NCBI GenBank assembly: GCA_038101125.1
Contig: JAYNVZ010000006.1
Location: 869 to 39,533 of the forward strand
Source: Gammaproteobacteria bacterium
Lineage (GTDB): Bacteria > Pseudomonadota > Gammaproteobacteria > GCA-002705445 > GCA-002716945
DNA: 38,665 bases
Direction: 5' to 3'
The notes beneath the pieces are model-generated. The model was not told the origin of the DNA. It did not search any database and worked only from the letters and a program-made list of their open reading frames with translations. A program made the translations under genes and the position numbers. Within the stretch, counting starts at the first letter, position 1. Each line of letters opens with the position of its first letter. Below are positions 8,273 to 18,069 of this stretch, piece by piece.

Positions 8273-8849
8273 ATATATACTCATTGCCATCTGTTGTTCT
8301 ATTTCGAATATAGCTACATCAGATACTGAGAAATACATACTAGATGAAACACATTTAAGTATTGGCTTCTTGGTTGATCATGCAGGCTATGCCCGAACTT
8401 TAGGGATGTTTACAAAGGCTAGTGGCTCTTTCAAATATAATGCAGATACAAATATAGTATCAGAAGTAGAAATAATAATTGATACTGATAGCGTCTTTAC
8501 AAATCATGAAAAAAGAGATGCCCATCTCAAAAGTCCTGATTTTTTAGATACGAGTAATTTTCCAACTATGATTTTTAAGGCTGATAGAAATGACCTAAAA
8601 TTAAATCCTGGAAAAATTAAAGGTAATCTGACATTGCTTGGTAAAACGAGACCTTTATTACTGAATGTAAAAATTAATAAAATTGATACCTATCCATTCC
8701 GAGTTGGGCTTTCTAAGCCAATGGTTATGGGTGTGTCTGGCTCGGCTATATTTAAAAGATCAGATTTTGGAATGAATTATGCGGTAAAAAAGAATTTAGT
8801 CGGTGATGAAATTGAATTAATAATTGAATTTGAAGCTAGACAAGAATAA
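8259..8849 (+). CDS. YceI family periplasmic lipid/polyisoprenoid-binding protein
   Basis: Signal-peptide-like N-terminus; LDETH..IGF.V.H, RDAHLKSPDF, G.LTLLG.T, KRSDFGM. Confidence 0.92.
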   Translation: MKKVKYILIAICCSISNIATSDTEKYILDETHLSIGFLVDHAGYARTLGMFTKASGSFKYNADTNIVSEVEIIIDTDSVFTNHEKRDAHLKSPDFLDTSNFPTMIFKADRNDLKLNPGKIKGNLTLLGKTRPLLLNVKINKIDTYPFRVGLSKPMVMGVSGSAIFKRSDFGMNYAVKKNLVGDEIELIIEFEARQE

Positions 8850-9517
8850 TGAAGAATAAAAATATATCGCTAGATCCCATAAAGCTTAATGGATATATAG
8901 AACAAGTAGGATATGAAAAAGATACTATATTATCTGAATTAAGAAGCAAAACAGAGTTACTAGGTGATGTAGCTGTCATGCAGATTGGTCAGACTCAAGG
9001 ATCTCTCATCGAAATATTATGTCAATTAGGACAATTTAATAAGTGTATAGAAATCGGTGTATTCACAGGATATAGTGCAATATGTATAGCTAAAGGCCTA
9101 CCTGAAAGTGGAAAACTTTATGCTCTAGAAAACTCGACTGAGTTTAATGACATCGCAAAAGAATATTGGGTTAAAAGTAATTGTAATCATAAAATTGAAT
9201 TAATAATTGGTAATGCAATTGATTCTTTAGATGACTTTCTAATGAAAAAGATGCATGATACGTTTGACTTTATATTTATTGATGCTGATAAGAAAAACTA
9301 TTTAGAATATTACAAAAAATCTTTACAGCTTATTAGAAAAGGTGGAGTAATATTGATTGACAATACATTATGGAAGGGTAAAGTAATGGACAGTTCTGAT
9401 AAAACAAATAGTACAAGATCAATAAGAGAATTGAATAATTATATAGCAACTGATAAGAATGTTTACCACTGTCTTTTAACATTATATGATGGAATGACTT
9501 TATGCATAAAAAAATAG
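8849..9517 (+). CDS. cation-dependent O-methyltransferase (caffeoyl-CoA OMT / TrmR-like family)
   Basis: MQI...QG, EIGVFTGYS, FDFIFIDADK.NY..Y, GG.ILIDN.LW.G, DGMT. Confidence 0.9.
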   Translation: MKNKNISLDPIKLNGYIEQVGYEKDTILSELRSKTELLGDVAVMQIGQTQGSLIEILCQLGQFNKCIEIGVFTGYSAICIAKGLPESGKLYALENSTEFNDIAKEYWVKSNCNHKIELIIGNAIDSLDDFLMKKMHDTFDFIFIDADKKNYLEYYKKSLQLIRKGGVILIDNTLWKGKVMDSSDKTNSTRSIRELNNYIATDKNVYHCLLTLYDGMTLCIKK

Positions 9518-10200
9518 ACACCACGATCAGTTTTTATAAATTCATAAAAATCGATGATTTAGAGAATCTAAAATTGAAAATTCATAGCTATCTGAAAGAA
9601 CTAAATATTTATGGGACAATAATATTAGCACCAGAAGGCATAAATGCTAATTTTTGTGGATCAAAAGATGACGTAGAACTCTGCAAATCCTATATATCTA
9701 ATTTATTATCGTTAGGCTCCATACATTATAATAAATCTACTGTATCTGAAAAGGTCTTTACAAAATTAAAGGTAAAAATTAAGAATGAAATAATAAAAGC
9801 TGGCTTTACTATATCTGAAGAAATAGTCTCCCAAAATAATTCCTTAGAACCTATAGAATGGGATAAATTACTTGATCGCAAACCACTAGTCATCGATATG
9901 AGAAATAGGTTTGAATATCTGTTAGGTACATTTGAAAATTCAAAGAGTTTAGACTTATTAAATTTTAGCGACTTGAAAGATACCCTAAAAAATAATAAAG
10001 ATATAGATACTAAGAAGGATGTGGCAATTTTTTGTACAGGAGGTATCAGATGTGAAAAAGCAACTGTCGCCCTGAAAGAAATTGGTTTTAATAATATTTT
10101 CCAACTAAAGGGTGGAATTATTAACTATCTAAATAATCCAGATAATAAAAATAAATGGAAGGGAGATTGTTTTGTATTTGACGATAGAATTACATATTAA
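9502..10200 (+). CDS. trhO: rhodanese-domain tRNA U34 hydroxylase (UPF0176)
   Basis: FYKF, GTIILAPEGIN, KLKVK.K.EI, D.RN.FEY..GTF, FCTGGIRCEKA, L.GGI.NY, W.G.CFVFD.R. Confidence 0.85.
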   Translation: MHKKIDTTISFYKFIKIDDLENLKLKIHSYLKELNIYGTIILAPEGINANFCGSKDDVELCKSYISNLLSLGSIHYNKSTVSEKVFTKLKVKIKNEIIKAGFTISEEIVSQNNSLEPIEWDKLLDRKPLVIDMRNRFEYLLGTFENSKSLDLLNFSDLKDTLKNNKDIDTKKDVAIFCTGGIRCEKATVALKEIGFNNIFQLKGGIINYLNNPDNKNKWKGDCFVFDDRITY

Positions 10201-11156
10201 TTGATATTATATTCACTCTGATCAAGTATATCTATAACATCTGACTCATACATAGTTTCCATATTTTTATCTACCGAAGGTTCATTACTGCCTTTAATAT
10301 ATAATCTTAAATTTTTCGGTATTGGCGCATCTACTATCATTTTGTTTTTTGAATCAATTATAAAAGTAATTGGTAGTTCATCATTTTTAAACCTCATTAC
10401 AGCAAAAGGAATATTAGAGCCATCTTCTTTCAGAATGAAAAATATATAATTGTATCTAATTAATGAACCATAGGATGTTTCTGAGATTATAATTTTTAAG
10501 TTAAATGACCCAGATGACTCCATTTGATTTAATGCAGCAATATACTGATCTTTATTTTGTATTTTTTGATTAGAAATAATATCTTTAAGGATTTGCTTTG
10601 TCAGATCAGCATCATTTATATCTATTGAGTAATTCAACTTCATATTATAAATATTAAGATTCAGATTATCTAGTAACAATAGCCTATCAAATGAATTTAA
10701 TATTTCTTCTTTATTGGATTTTGGATCAAGCTTTATTAATACTGAAATAAATTCTTCGATTATGACTGGGTCATCAGCATTAAGTGATAAAGCTTTTTCA
10801 TATGCAACTCTTGCTTGCGTAATATCATCAGTAATTATATAAGATTTAGCTAACATCACCCAACCCTGATAATAGTCTTTTTCTTTATTTAGTTTTGAGC
10901 GGAGTATGGGTATGTTTTTCTTAATCGTAGAAATATTTTTACGAATATCGGAATGTTTATCTAGAATAGACTCATATTCCTCATGATTAGTAATTCCAGA
11001 ATCTTTGACAAATATACTTATCATCAGAATAAGTAAAATTACAATTACACTAATAAATTTCTTGTTATTATATGAGACTTTAGTGCCTTCACCAATATTT
11101 TTAAATAAAAAGAATAAATAAAATAATGTGAAAACAGAAATAATTATATATATCAT
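10197..11156 (-). CDS. ccmI: cytochrome c biogenesis TPR protein CcmI/CycH-like (divergent)
   Basis: Two N-terminal TM helices, GWVMLAKSY TPR, C-terminal P.AV.R....LP..F domain; last gene of ccm run. Confidence 0.72.
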   Translation of the reverse strand: MIYIIISVFTLFYLFFLFKNIGEGTKVSYNNKKFISVIVILLILMISIFVKDSGITNHEEYESILDKHSDIRKNISTIKKNIPILRSKLNKEKDYYQGWVMLAKSYIITDDITQARVAYEKALSLNADDPVIIEEFISVLIKLDPKSNKEEILNSFDRLLLLDNLNLNIYNMKLNYSIDINDADLTKQILKDIISNQKIQNKDQYIAALNQMESSGSFNLKIIISETSYGSLIRYNYIFFILKEDGSNIPFAVMRFKNDELPITFIIDSKNKMIVDAPIPKNLRLYIKGSNEPSVDKNMETMYESDVIDILDQSEYNIN

Positions 11157-11521
11157 TTAATTATATTTTTCCTAAAAAGAATGAAATATATTATTAACAA
11201 AAATAAAAATGGGCCAATCCATAATAATATATTTTGTACCCTAAATGGTGGATCATAGAGTATGTAATCACTATATCTATCAGACATATATTTTTTAATA
11301 TATTTTTCATCATAGCCACTATTAATCATAGTTTTTACTTTATTTCTTAGATCAACAGCAAGCGGGGCTTCTGATTCTGCTATATTTTGATTCTGGCAAA
11401 CCATGCATCTTAATTCAGTTATAATTTTATTATAGAGTTTTGTGTCTTTAGAATTTTCGCCATATGAAATTGTAGTCGAAATAAGTATTAAAAGACTGAA
11501 TAAAAATATTTTACTTCTCAT
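11153..11521 (-). CDS. ccmH: cytochrome c biogenesis protein CcmH
   Basis: LRCMVCQNQNIAES.APLA.DLR, RY.D.ILY.PP. Confidence 0.95.
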   Translation of the reverse strand: MRSKIFLFSLLILISTTISYGENSKDTKLYNKIITELRCMVCQNQNIAESEAPLAVDLRNKVKTMINSGYDEKYIKKYMSDRYSDYILYDPPFRVQNILLWIGPFLFLLIIYFILFRKNIIK

Positions 11522-12035
11522 CTGATATAATCTCTATAGTTGGCAATATCTCATTGTAATAGATATCTTCGCTTATGGCACCAATATACTTTGCTCTTAT
11601 AATATTATTCTTATCTATTAGAAAAGTCTCGGGTACGCCGTAAACTCCTAAATCAATTCCAAGCTGACCATCCGTATCAACAATATTGTACTCATAAGGG
11701 TTTCCATATATTTTTAGCCACCCAATAGCATCATCCTCATTATCTTTATAATTGATACCGATTAACCTTACTTTCTTTTCGCTGTTAATTAAATTAAGTA
11801 CTTGATGCTCTTTGATGCATGCTACACACCAACTGGCCCATATATTTAGAAGAAAAACATCATCAGGGAAATTAGAACTATTAGCATATGATTCTGACTG
11901 AAGAACAGGGAGATTGAAATCTGGTATAGCTTTATCTATCAGTGGTGAATGAACTAATCTTGAGTTATTTGATAAACCTAAATAGAGCAACAAAACAAAA
12001 ATAATGAACATTGTTATAGATATTTTATTGTTCAA
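11511..12035 (-). CDS. ccmG: thiol:disulfide interchange protein CcmG/DsbE
   Basis: WASWCVAC..EH, GINYKD, LGVYGVPETF; TTG start. Confidence 0.95.
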   Translation of the reverse strand: MNNKISITMFIIFVLLLYLGLSNNSRLVHSPLIDKAIPDFNLPVLQSESYANSSNFPDDVFLLNIWASWCVACIKEHQVLNLINSEKKVRLIGINYKDNEDDAIGWLKIYGNPYEYNIVDTDGQLGIDLGVYGVPETFLIDKNNIIRAKYIGAISEDIYYNEILPTIEIISDEK

Positions 12036-12037
12036 AA

Positions 12038-13957
12038 TTATTTCACCACTTTTGTATTTCTTCTTTTCATCAAAACACTAAGAATTGCTCCAAGCGCCAT
12101 CATTAATGCGCCAATCCAAATAAATCTAATCAACGGTTTATGATATATTCTTACTGACCATTTATCTTGATCTATCATTGTTCCAAGCGTTATGTATAAA
12201 TCTCTCTTAAATCCAGGATCAATCCCTGCTTCTGTCATTGGCATTTCACTTGAATTATATAATCTTTTTTCTGGGTACATATCAGTAATAAATTCATTAT
12301 TAATATAAACTCTAAAGTGTCCTATGACTGATGAATAGTTTGGCCCCATATTTTCATTTATATCGACAAATTCAAATGAATAACCTCCAACGTCTAATTT
12401 TTCACTGAGATTCATAATTACTTCTTTTTCAGTTTTATTATTTTCTACTACGGTAGCTCCAATAATAAATAATGCTAAGCCTAGATGCGCCATGAACATA
12501 CCAATGTTTTTAAAAAAGAATCTAATGTCGCCTGTAGATATTAATTTAGATATAAAGTCATATATTAAATTGAGAGTTATCCACGCAAACAAGAAAAACC
12601 CAATGAAAATACTTAGGTTATATACGTCGAACAAAGAATGACTAAGCAATGAAATCAGGACTATTATGATAAAACTGATAAAAAAATATTTAGACTGGCC
12701 ATGCGATTTTACTTTTTTTGATAAAAATAAAATCGGGATATATCCAGCTAAGAAAACTAGCGGTATCATCAAAGGAAGAAACACAGAATTATAATATGGT
12801 ACGCCAACAGATATTTTTTCTAAACCCAGGATATCAAGCACTAGAGGATACATGGTGCCAAGCAATATAGTGAATGTTGCCGTAACGAGTAAAATGTTAT
12901 TTATTAAAAAGAAACTTTCCTTGGAAAAAAAATTAAAAGAGGTCTTATCATTCATTTTAGGGGAATTCTTTAAGTATAATATTAATGCTGATCCAGTTAT
13001 TATTGCTAAAAATAATAAAATAAAAGCTCCTCTTGCAGGATCATTAGCAAAAGAATGTACGGATGTTAAAATTCCTGATCTAACCAAAAAAGTTCCAAGT
13101 AAACTTAATGAAAATGCGATAATAGATAGCAAGATTGTCCAATTCTTAAACATAGATTTCTGTTCACATGTAATAAGCGAATGTATCAGAGCTGTCGTTA
13201 TTAACCATGGCATGAAAGATGCATTTTCAACTGGATCCCAAAACCACCAACCTCCCCAACCTAGTTCGTAATAAGCCCACCAACTTCCCAGAGCTATACC
13301 TAGTGTTAAAAAACTCCATGACATCAAAGCCCAAGGTCTGATCCACTTTGCCCATTCGGGCTTAAAGTCATTTTTCAGCAGGCATGTTACAGCAAAGCTA
13401 AAAACCACAGATAATCCTACATACCCCATATAAAGCATTGGAGGGTGAACAATCAGACCAAAATCCTGCAATAAAGGATTTAAGTCCCTTCCATCAATTG
13501 GGATAGATAAATTTTTTTCGAAAGGGTTAGACGTAAATATAAGAAATGCCAAAAATCCTATATTTAATAATCCCATTATTGATAAAAATTTCAATCTAAA
13601 ATCAGTATCTAGATCTTTGCTATATACACTTGCCATAAATGTCCAAAAACTTAATACCAGACACCATAGTAACATTGAACCCTCATGACCAGCCCAGGTT
13701 GCAGATATTTTGTAATAATAAGGTAATAAAGAATTAGAATTAGATGATACATATTTCAATGAAAAATCATTTGTTAAAAAAGATATTATCAAGCTTATGA
13801 ATGAGAACAATATTAGAGGAAAAAGTAACTTTGAAGAAGATAAAATTACCGAACCATAATCTGGCATGACTTTTGATAATAATGGTTTTGAAGATATTAA
13901 AATTAATGCATTTAAAAATGCGAGTAATATTAAAAAAAATCCGATGTACGCAATCAT
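12038..13957 (-). CDS. ccmF: heme lyase CcmF
   Basis: W.GHEGSMLLW, HPPMLYMGY, WAYYELGWGGWWFWDPVENAS, SVHSFA.DP.RG. Confidence 0.97.
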   Translation of the reverse strand: MIAYIGFFLILLAFLNALILISSKPLLSKVMPDYGSVILSSSKLLFPLILFSFISLIISFLTNDFSLKYVSSNSNSLLPYYYKISATWAGHEGSMLLWCLVLSFWTFMASVYSKDLDTDFRLKFLSIMGLLNIGFLAFLIFTSNPFEKNLSIPIDGRDLNPLLQDFGLIVHPPMLYMGYVGLSVVFSFAVTCLLKNDFKPEWAKWIRPWALMSWSFLTLGIALGSWWAYYELGWGGWWFWDPVENASFMPWLITTALIHSLITCEQKSMFKNWTILLSIIAFSLSLLGTFLVRSGILTSVHSFANDPARGAFILLFLAIITGSALILYLKNSPKMNDKTSFNFFSKESFFLINNILLVTATFTILLGTMYPLVLDILGLEKISVGVPYYNSVFLPLMIPLVFLAGYIPILFLSKKVKSHGQSKYFFISFIIIVLISLLSHSLFDVYNLSIFIGFFLFAWITLNLIYDFISKLISTGDIRFFFKNIGMFMAHLGLALFIIGATVVENNKTEKEVIMNLSEKLDVGGYSFEFVDINENMGPNYSSVIGHFRVYINNEFITDMYPEKRLYNSSEMPMTEAGIDPGFKRDLYITLGTMIDQDKWSVRIYHKPLIRFIWIGALMMALGAILSVLMKRRNTKVVK

Positions 13958-13958
13958 A

Positions 13959-14423
13959 TTATTTATATATTTTCATAGACTCAGTAGTTTTGTTGAGAGC
14001 TTCTTTATTATTTTTTAAGCTATCTAGTACTTCAGGAGGCATGTATGTTTCATCATGTTTTGCCAAAACTTCTTCTGCATAAAACATGCCATCATCACCT
14101 AGCTTTCCTCTTATTACAACACCTTGGCCTTCTCTGAAAAGATCCGGCAAAATACCTGTATAAGTAATATCAAGATTTTGTTCGTAATCAGTAATAGCAA
14201 ATTTTACATTCATAGTGTCTTTACTCTTAATTAATGAGCCATCAAGAACAACTCCGCCAACTCGAAAAACATAATTATCAGGGAACTCTGAATTAGTAAC
14301 TTGAGAGGGGCTACGATAAAATAATAGATTATCATTAAATGTCTTTATAAACATAAAAAAAAGTAAAGATAATAATACCAAGATGAAAGAGATATAATAT
14401 ATTCTTAGAGTTCTCTTCTTCAT
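13959..14423 (-). CDS. ccmE: heme chaperone CcmE
   Basis: YTGILPDLFREGQG, VLAKHDETYMPPE. Confidence 0.97.
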   Translation of the reverse strand: MKKRTLRIYYISFILVLLSLLFFMFIKTFNDNLLFYRSPSQVTNSEFPDNYVFRVGGVVLDGSLIKSKDTMNVKFAITDYEQNLDITYTGILPDLFREGQGVVIRGKLGDDGMFYAEEVLAKHDETYMPPEVLDSLKNNKEALNKTTESMKIYK

Positions 14424-14426
14424 AAT

Positions 14427-14552
14427 TTATCTCTTATCTTTAATGTTTCCTTTGATTTTTTTAAATGTGAAATAGAGAATTATTGCATTCAATAACATTG
14501 AGCCTATCACGATAGCATAGGAAGAAAAAATATATATAAAGTAGTTCATCAT
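14427..14552 (-). CDS. ccmD: heme exporter protein CcmD (41 aa)
   Basis: Not in ORF track. MMNYFIYIFSSYAIVIGSMLLNAIILYFTFKKIKGNIKDKR: Y..Y..SSY pattern, one TM helix, basic tail, ends 3 nt before ccmE. Confidence 0.75.
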   Translation of the reverse strand: MMNYFIYIFSSYAIVIGSMLLNAIILYFTFKKIKGNIKDKR

Positions 14553-14607
14553 AATCAAATAATAGCTTACTAACAAGATAACAAAAACTACATTTAAAGT
14601 AATAGAA

Positions 14608-14681
14608 TGGTTATGGGTGGATTTGAACCACCGACCTCAGCGTTATGAGTGCTGTGCTCTAACCAACTGAGCTACATAACC
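14608..14681 (-). tRNA. tRNA-Met (CAT), elongator type; CCA not encoded
   Basis: GGTTATG/CATAACC acceptor stem, TAGCTCAGTTGGTTAGAGC D arm, CTCATAA loop, GGTTCAAATCC T arm; paired G1-C72 (not initiator). Confidence 0.93.
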
Positions 14682-14682
14682 A

Positions 14683-15759
14683 TTAAATATTAAAACGAAA
14701 GTAAATTACATCACCTTCTTGTACCATATAATCTTTGCCTTCTTGTCTCCAAACACCGCTATTTTTAGAACCCTGCTCACCATCATTATCAATATAGTCA
14801 GCATAAGATACTGTTTCTGCTCTTATAAACCCTTTTTGGATATCTGTATGTATGATACCTGAACATTCCCTTGCATTAAAATCTTTTTTTGCCGCCCATG
14901 CTCTAGTTTCCTTTGGTCCAGAAGTAAAAAATGTTTTAAGACCCAAGAGTTCATAGCCTTTTCTGATAATCCTTGTAAGAGCACTTTCCTTAATTCCCAT
15001 TTCGTCCATAAAATCAGCTTGATCGTTGGGGTCTAAATCTGAAATATCTTGCTCTAGTTTGACATCTATGGTTACAAGATGAATATTGTCAGATATTTTT
15101 TTTTGGAATTCTAGAACTTCATTTTCATCAGTTTTGTCATTAATATTTGCTATAATAAACATTGGTTTTTTTGTTAATAACTTAAGGTCATTTAAAGCCA
15201 ATAAATCATCGCTAAAATGAAAAGAAGAGGCAAAATTATCATTAGAAAGATGTTCTATTAAGCTTTCTAATTCCGTTACCAAAATATCCTTTTCTTTTGG
15301 ATTCATCTTACTTTTTTTTAATCTTTCTAGATATTTAGATAAGGTATTCAAGTCAGCTAAAATTAATTCAAGATTTATATCTTGAAAGTCCTCAAAAGGA
15401 TTATGCTGACCTTTGACATGCAGAATATCATCGTCCCTAAAAAACCTAACAACATGAGCAATTACATCTGTGCTATTTATATGACTTAAAAATTCATTGC
15501 CTAATCCTTCTCCTTTGGAAGCTCCTTTAATTAAGCCTGCTATATCTACAAACTCAATAGATGCTTTAATGACTTTTTCAGATTTATTGACATTTGCCAA
15601 GCAATCAAGCCTTTGGTCTGGTACCTCAACATAAGCGACATTTGGATCTATAGTACAAAAAGGGTAATTATCAGCAGCAATTTTTTGTTTAGTTAACAGA
15701 TTGAAAATCGAAGATTTTCCGACATTAGGCATCCCAACTAAGCCACACTTAAATCCCAT
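14683..15759 (-). CDS. ychF: redox-regulated ribosome-binding ATPase YchF
   Basis: GMPNVGKS, NYPFCTIDPN, DIAGLIKGASKGEGLGN.FL, IHTD..KGFIRAE; start set at MGFKCG (15759). Confidence 0.96.
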   Translation of the reverse strand: MGFKCGLVGMPNVGKSSIFNLLTKQKIAADNYPFCTIDPNVAYVEVPDQRLDCLANVNKSEKVIKASIEFVDIAGLIKGASKGEGLGNEFLSHINSTDVIAHVVRFFRDDDILHVKGQHNPFEDFQDINLELILADLNTLSKYLERLKKSKMNPKEKDILVTELESLIEHLSNDNFASSFHFSDDLLALNDLKLLTKKPMFIIANINDKTDENEVLEFQKKISDNIHLVTIDVKLEQDISDLDPNDQADFMDEMGIKESALTRIIRKGYELLGLKTFFTSGPKETRAWAAKKDFNARECSGIIHTDIQKGFIRAETVSYADYIDNDGEQGSKNSGVWRQEGKDYMVQEGDVIYFRFNI

Positions 15760-15760
15760 C

Positions 15761-16348
15761 TTACTTGTTCTCCCCATTTAATTTATTCATTAGTTTAGTA
15801 GATTCACCTGAGAAAAAATTATTTATTTCATCAATTAGTAAATCAATACTTTTATTAATCAGATTTTTGTCAATCAATGATGGTCTTCCAAGGACATAAT
15901 CTATCACTTTATTCTTATCATCAGGTTTACCAATACCTATTCTTAGTCTCCAAAAGTTTTTTGAACCAATCTGCTCAATAATACTATTGAGACCATTATG
16001 GCCTCCACTACCGCCACCTTGTTTCAATCTAACCTTTCCAACTGCTAAATCTAAATCATCATAAATTATCAAAATATTTTCTGCCTCAATATTTTTATTC
16101 TTAATAAATTTTTTAATTGGCACACCGCTGTTGTTTATATAACTTAGGGGTTTCATAAAATGAAATAAGCGTGACTCAAATTCATACTCAAAAAGATCAG
16201 ATTCATATTTTTTATGGAAAGTAAAATCTCTAGCTAACTTTTCTGAAAGAGAGTCTGCTACCCAAAAACCAACATTATGTCTGGTTGTCATGTATTTTTG
16301 TTCAGGATTTCCGAGACCAACTATTAGCTGTAAAGACATTTGACTCAT
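15761..16348 (-). CDS. pth: peptidyl-tRNA hydrolase
   Basis: VGLGNP...Y..TRHNVGF, DDLDL, GGHNGL, RLRIGIG; start may be ATG 16339. Confidence 0.96.
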   Translation of the reverse strand: MSQMSLQLIVGLGNPEQKYMTTRHNVGFWVADSLSEKLARDFTFHKKYESDLFEYEFESRLFHFMKPLSYINNSGVPIKKFIKNKNIEAENILIIYDDLDLAVGKVRLKQGGGSGGHNGLNSIIEQIGSKNFWRLRIGIGKPDDKNKVIDYVLGRPSLIDKNLINKSIDLLIDEINNFFSGESTKLMNKLNGENK

Positions 16349-16373
16349 AAGCGCAACTAAATATAATTAAAAA

Positions 16374-17066
16374 CTAGCTTTCTTTTGAATCATCAACATC
16401 ACCTTTTGTAGCCGTCTCATCATCTTTCGACGCGGTAGCATCTTCAGGTTCTGCCATAGCTTCTGGTGCGGCAGTATCTATAACTTCTTCAACAGGCTGG
16501 TAACATTTCACAACTGCGGAATCATGATCTTTATCAGTGCCTGATAGAAATTCAACACCATCCGGTAATTTGATTTCTGTTAAATGGATACTCTGATTTA
16601 TATCTAGCTCCTGTACATCAACCTCAATATTTTCAGGGATATCTTTAGGTAAACAGTTAATCTCTATTTCAGTGATTATGTGTGAGACCACACCACCAGA
16701 TTTTTTAACACCAACGCAAGTATCTTCATTTATAAAGTTTATTGGTACATTAACTGTAATTTTAACATTTTGATCAACTTCAAGAAAATCTATATGAGTA
16801 ATATGAGATTTTTGCGGATCTCTCTGAATATCTTTTAGGATAACTTCTATTTTTGTTTTTCCAACATTTAAATCTATTACATTACTGTAAAACTGTGGAT
16901 CCTTGATTTTATTAGTTAATTCAAAACTATTTACCAATATGGATTGATTATCCTTAGAGGCCCCATATACCTCTGCAGGCACAAGATTCTCTCTGCGATA
17001 ACGCTTCGAGGCTCTTTTGCCAAAATTTTCTCTTTTTGTCCCGCTCAATATATATTGTGATGTCAT
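16374..17066 (-). CDS. rplY: 50S ribosomal protein L25 / Ctc (long form)
   Basis: GK.AS.R.RR...VPA.VYG, Q.DP....I.HIDF, C.GVK..GG, acidic tail. Confidence 0.95.
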   Translation of the reverse strand: MTSQYILSGTKRENFGKRASKRYRRENLVPAEVYGASKDNQSILVNSFELTNKIKDPQFYSNVIDLNVGKTKIEVILKDIQRDPQKSHITHIDFLEVDQNVKITVNVPINFINEDTCVGVKKSGGVVSHIITEIEINCLPKDIPENIEVDVQELDINQSIHLTEIKLPDGVEFLSGTDKDHDSAVVKCYQPVEEVIDTAAPEAMAEPEDATASKDDETATKGDVDDSKES

Positions 17067-17097
17067 AATCTATGTCTTCCAAAAATAGGATTATACA

Positions 17098-18051
17098 CTA
17101 ATCCATGAAAAGTGTACTAACTGATTCTTTCTGATGAATCCTTCTGATTGTCTCAGCAAGCATTTCAGATACTGATATTTGCCTGATATTTTTAATATTC
17201 TTAGCTTTTTCATGTAATGGGATTGTATCAGTTACAATAATCTCATCAAGCTTTGATTTCTTAATATTTTCATAAGCTTTCCCAGATAATACTGGATGTG
17301 TTATGTAAGCCAATACTTTTTCGGCACCCTGGTCCTTCAGAGCTTTAGCTGCACCACATAGTGTCCCAGCAGTATCAACAATATCATCAACCATGATACA
17401 TGTCATACCGGACACATCCCCGATTATCTGCATAACTTCAGACACATTCGCTTCAGGTCTTCTTTTATCAATTATAGCTAAATCACAGTTGAGCTGCTTT
17501 GCTAATGCTCTAGCCCTTACTACACCGCCAATATCAGGAGAAACTACTAACATATTAGGGTGTTTTTGCTTATAAATATCAGCAACCAATAATGGTGTAG
17601 CGTAGATGTTGTCTACAGGAATATCAAAGAAACCTTGAATTTGATCCGCATGTAAATCAATTGTTAACAATCTATCGATATCAACGCTTTCTATCATATT
17701 CGCAACTACTTTTGCTGTAATTGGCACTCTGGCTGATCTAACCCTTCTGTCTTGTCTAGAATATCCAAAATATGGAACAACTGCCGTGATTCTCTCTACA
17801 GATGATCTTCTCAGTGCATCTGTCATTATCATTAATTCCATTAGATGATTATTTGTTGGCTGACAAGTTGGCTGTATTATAAAAATATCCTGCCCTCTAA
17901 CATTTTCTTGTATCTCAACTGAAACTTCCCCATCGCTAAAGGTTGTAACACTTGCTTTACCTACAGATAACTTTAAGTGGGATGCTACATCAATAGCTAA
18001 TTGTTTATTAGAATTTCCTGAAAAAATCATTAGAGGTTTGTCATTTTTCAT
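17098..18051 (-). CDS. prs: ribose-phosphate pyrophosphokinase
   Basis: [53 protein letters not shown] 18051 preferred (AAGG 8 nt upstream); GTG 18060 is the alternative. Confidence 0.97.
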   Translation of the reverse strand: MKNDKPLMIFSGNSNKQLAIDVASHLKLSVGKASVTTFSDGEVSVEIQENVRGQDIFIIQPTCQPTNNHLMELMIMTDALRRSSVERITAVVPYFGYSRQDRRVRSARVPITAKVVANMIESVDIDRLLTIDLHADQIQGFFDIPVDNIYATPLLVADIYKQKHPNMLVVSPDIGGVVRARALAKQLNCDLAIIDKRRPEANVSEVMQIIGDVSGMTCIMVDDIVDTAGTLCGAAKALKDQGAEKVLAYITHPVLSGKAYENIKKSKLDEIIVTDTIPLHEKAKNIKNIRQISVSEMLAETIRRIHQKESVSTLFMD

Positions 18052-18069
18052 AGTGTGCACCTTATTAAA

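Noticed and set aside
14553-14681. Genomic island integrated at tRNA-Met
   Set aside because: No integrase, no duplicated tRNA 3' end seen, and downstream genes are core ccm genes.
14608-14681. tRNA-fMet or tRNA-Ile2 identity
   Set aside because: G1-C72 is paired and the anticodon stem lacks three G-C pairs; the acceptor stem lacks the C4-G69/C5-G68 pairs of E. coli Ile2; sequence and position fit elongator Met.
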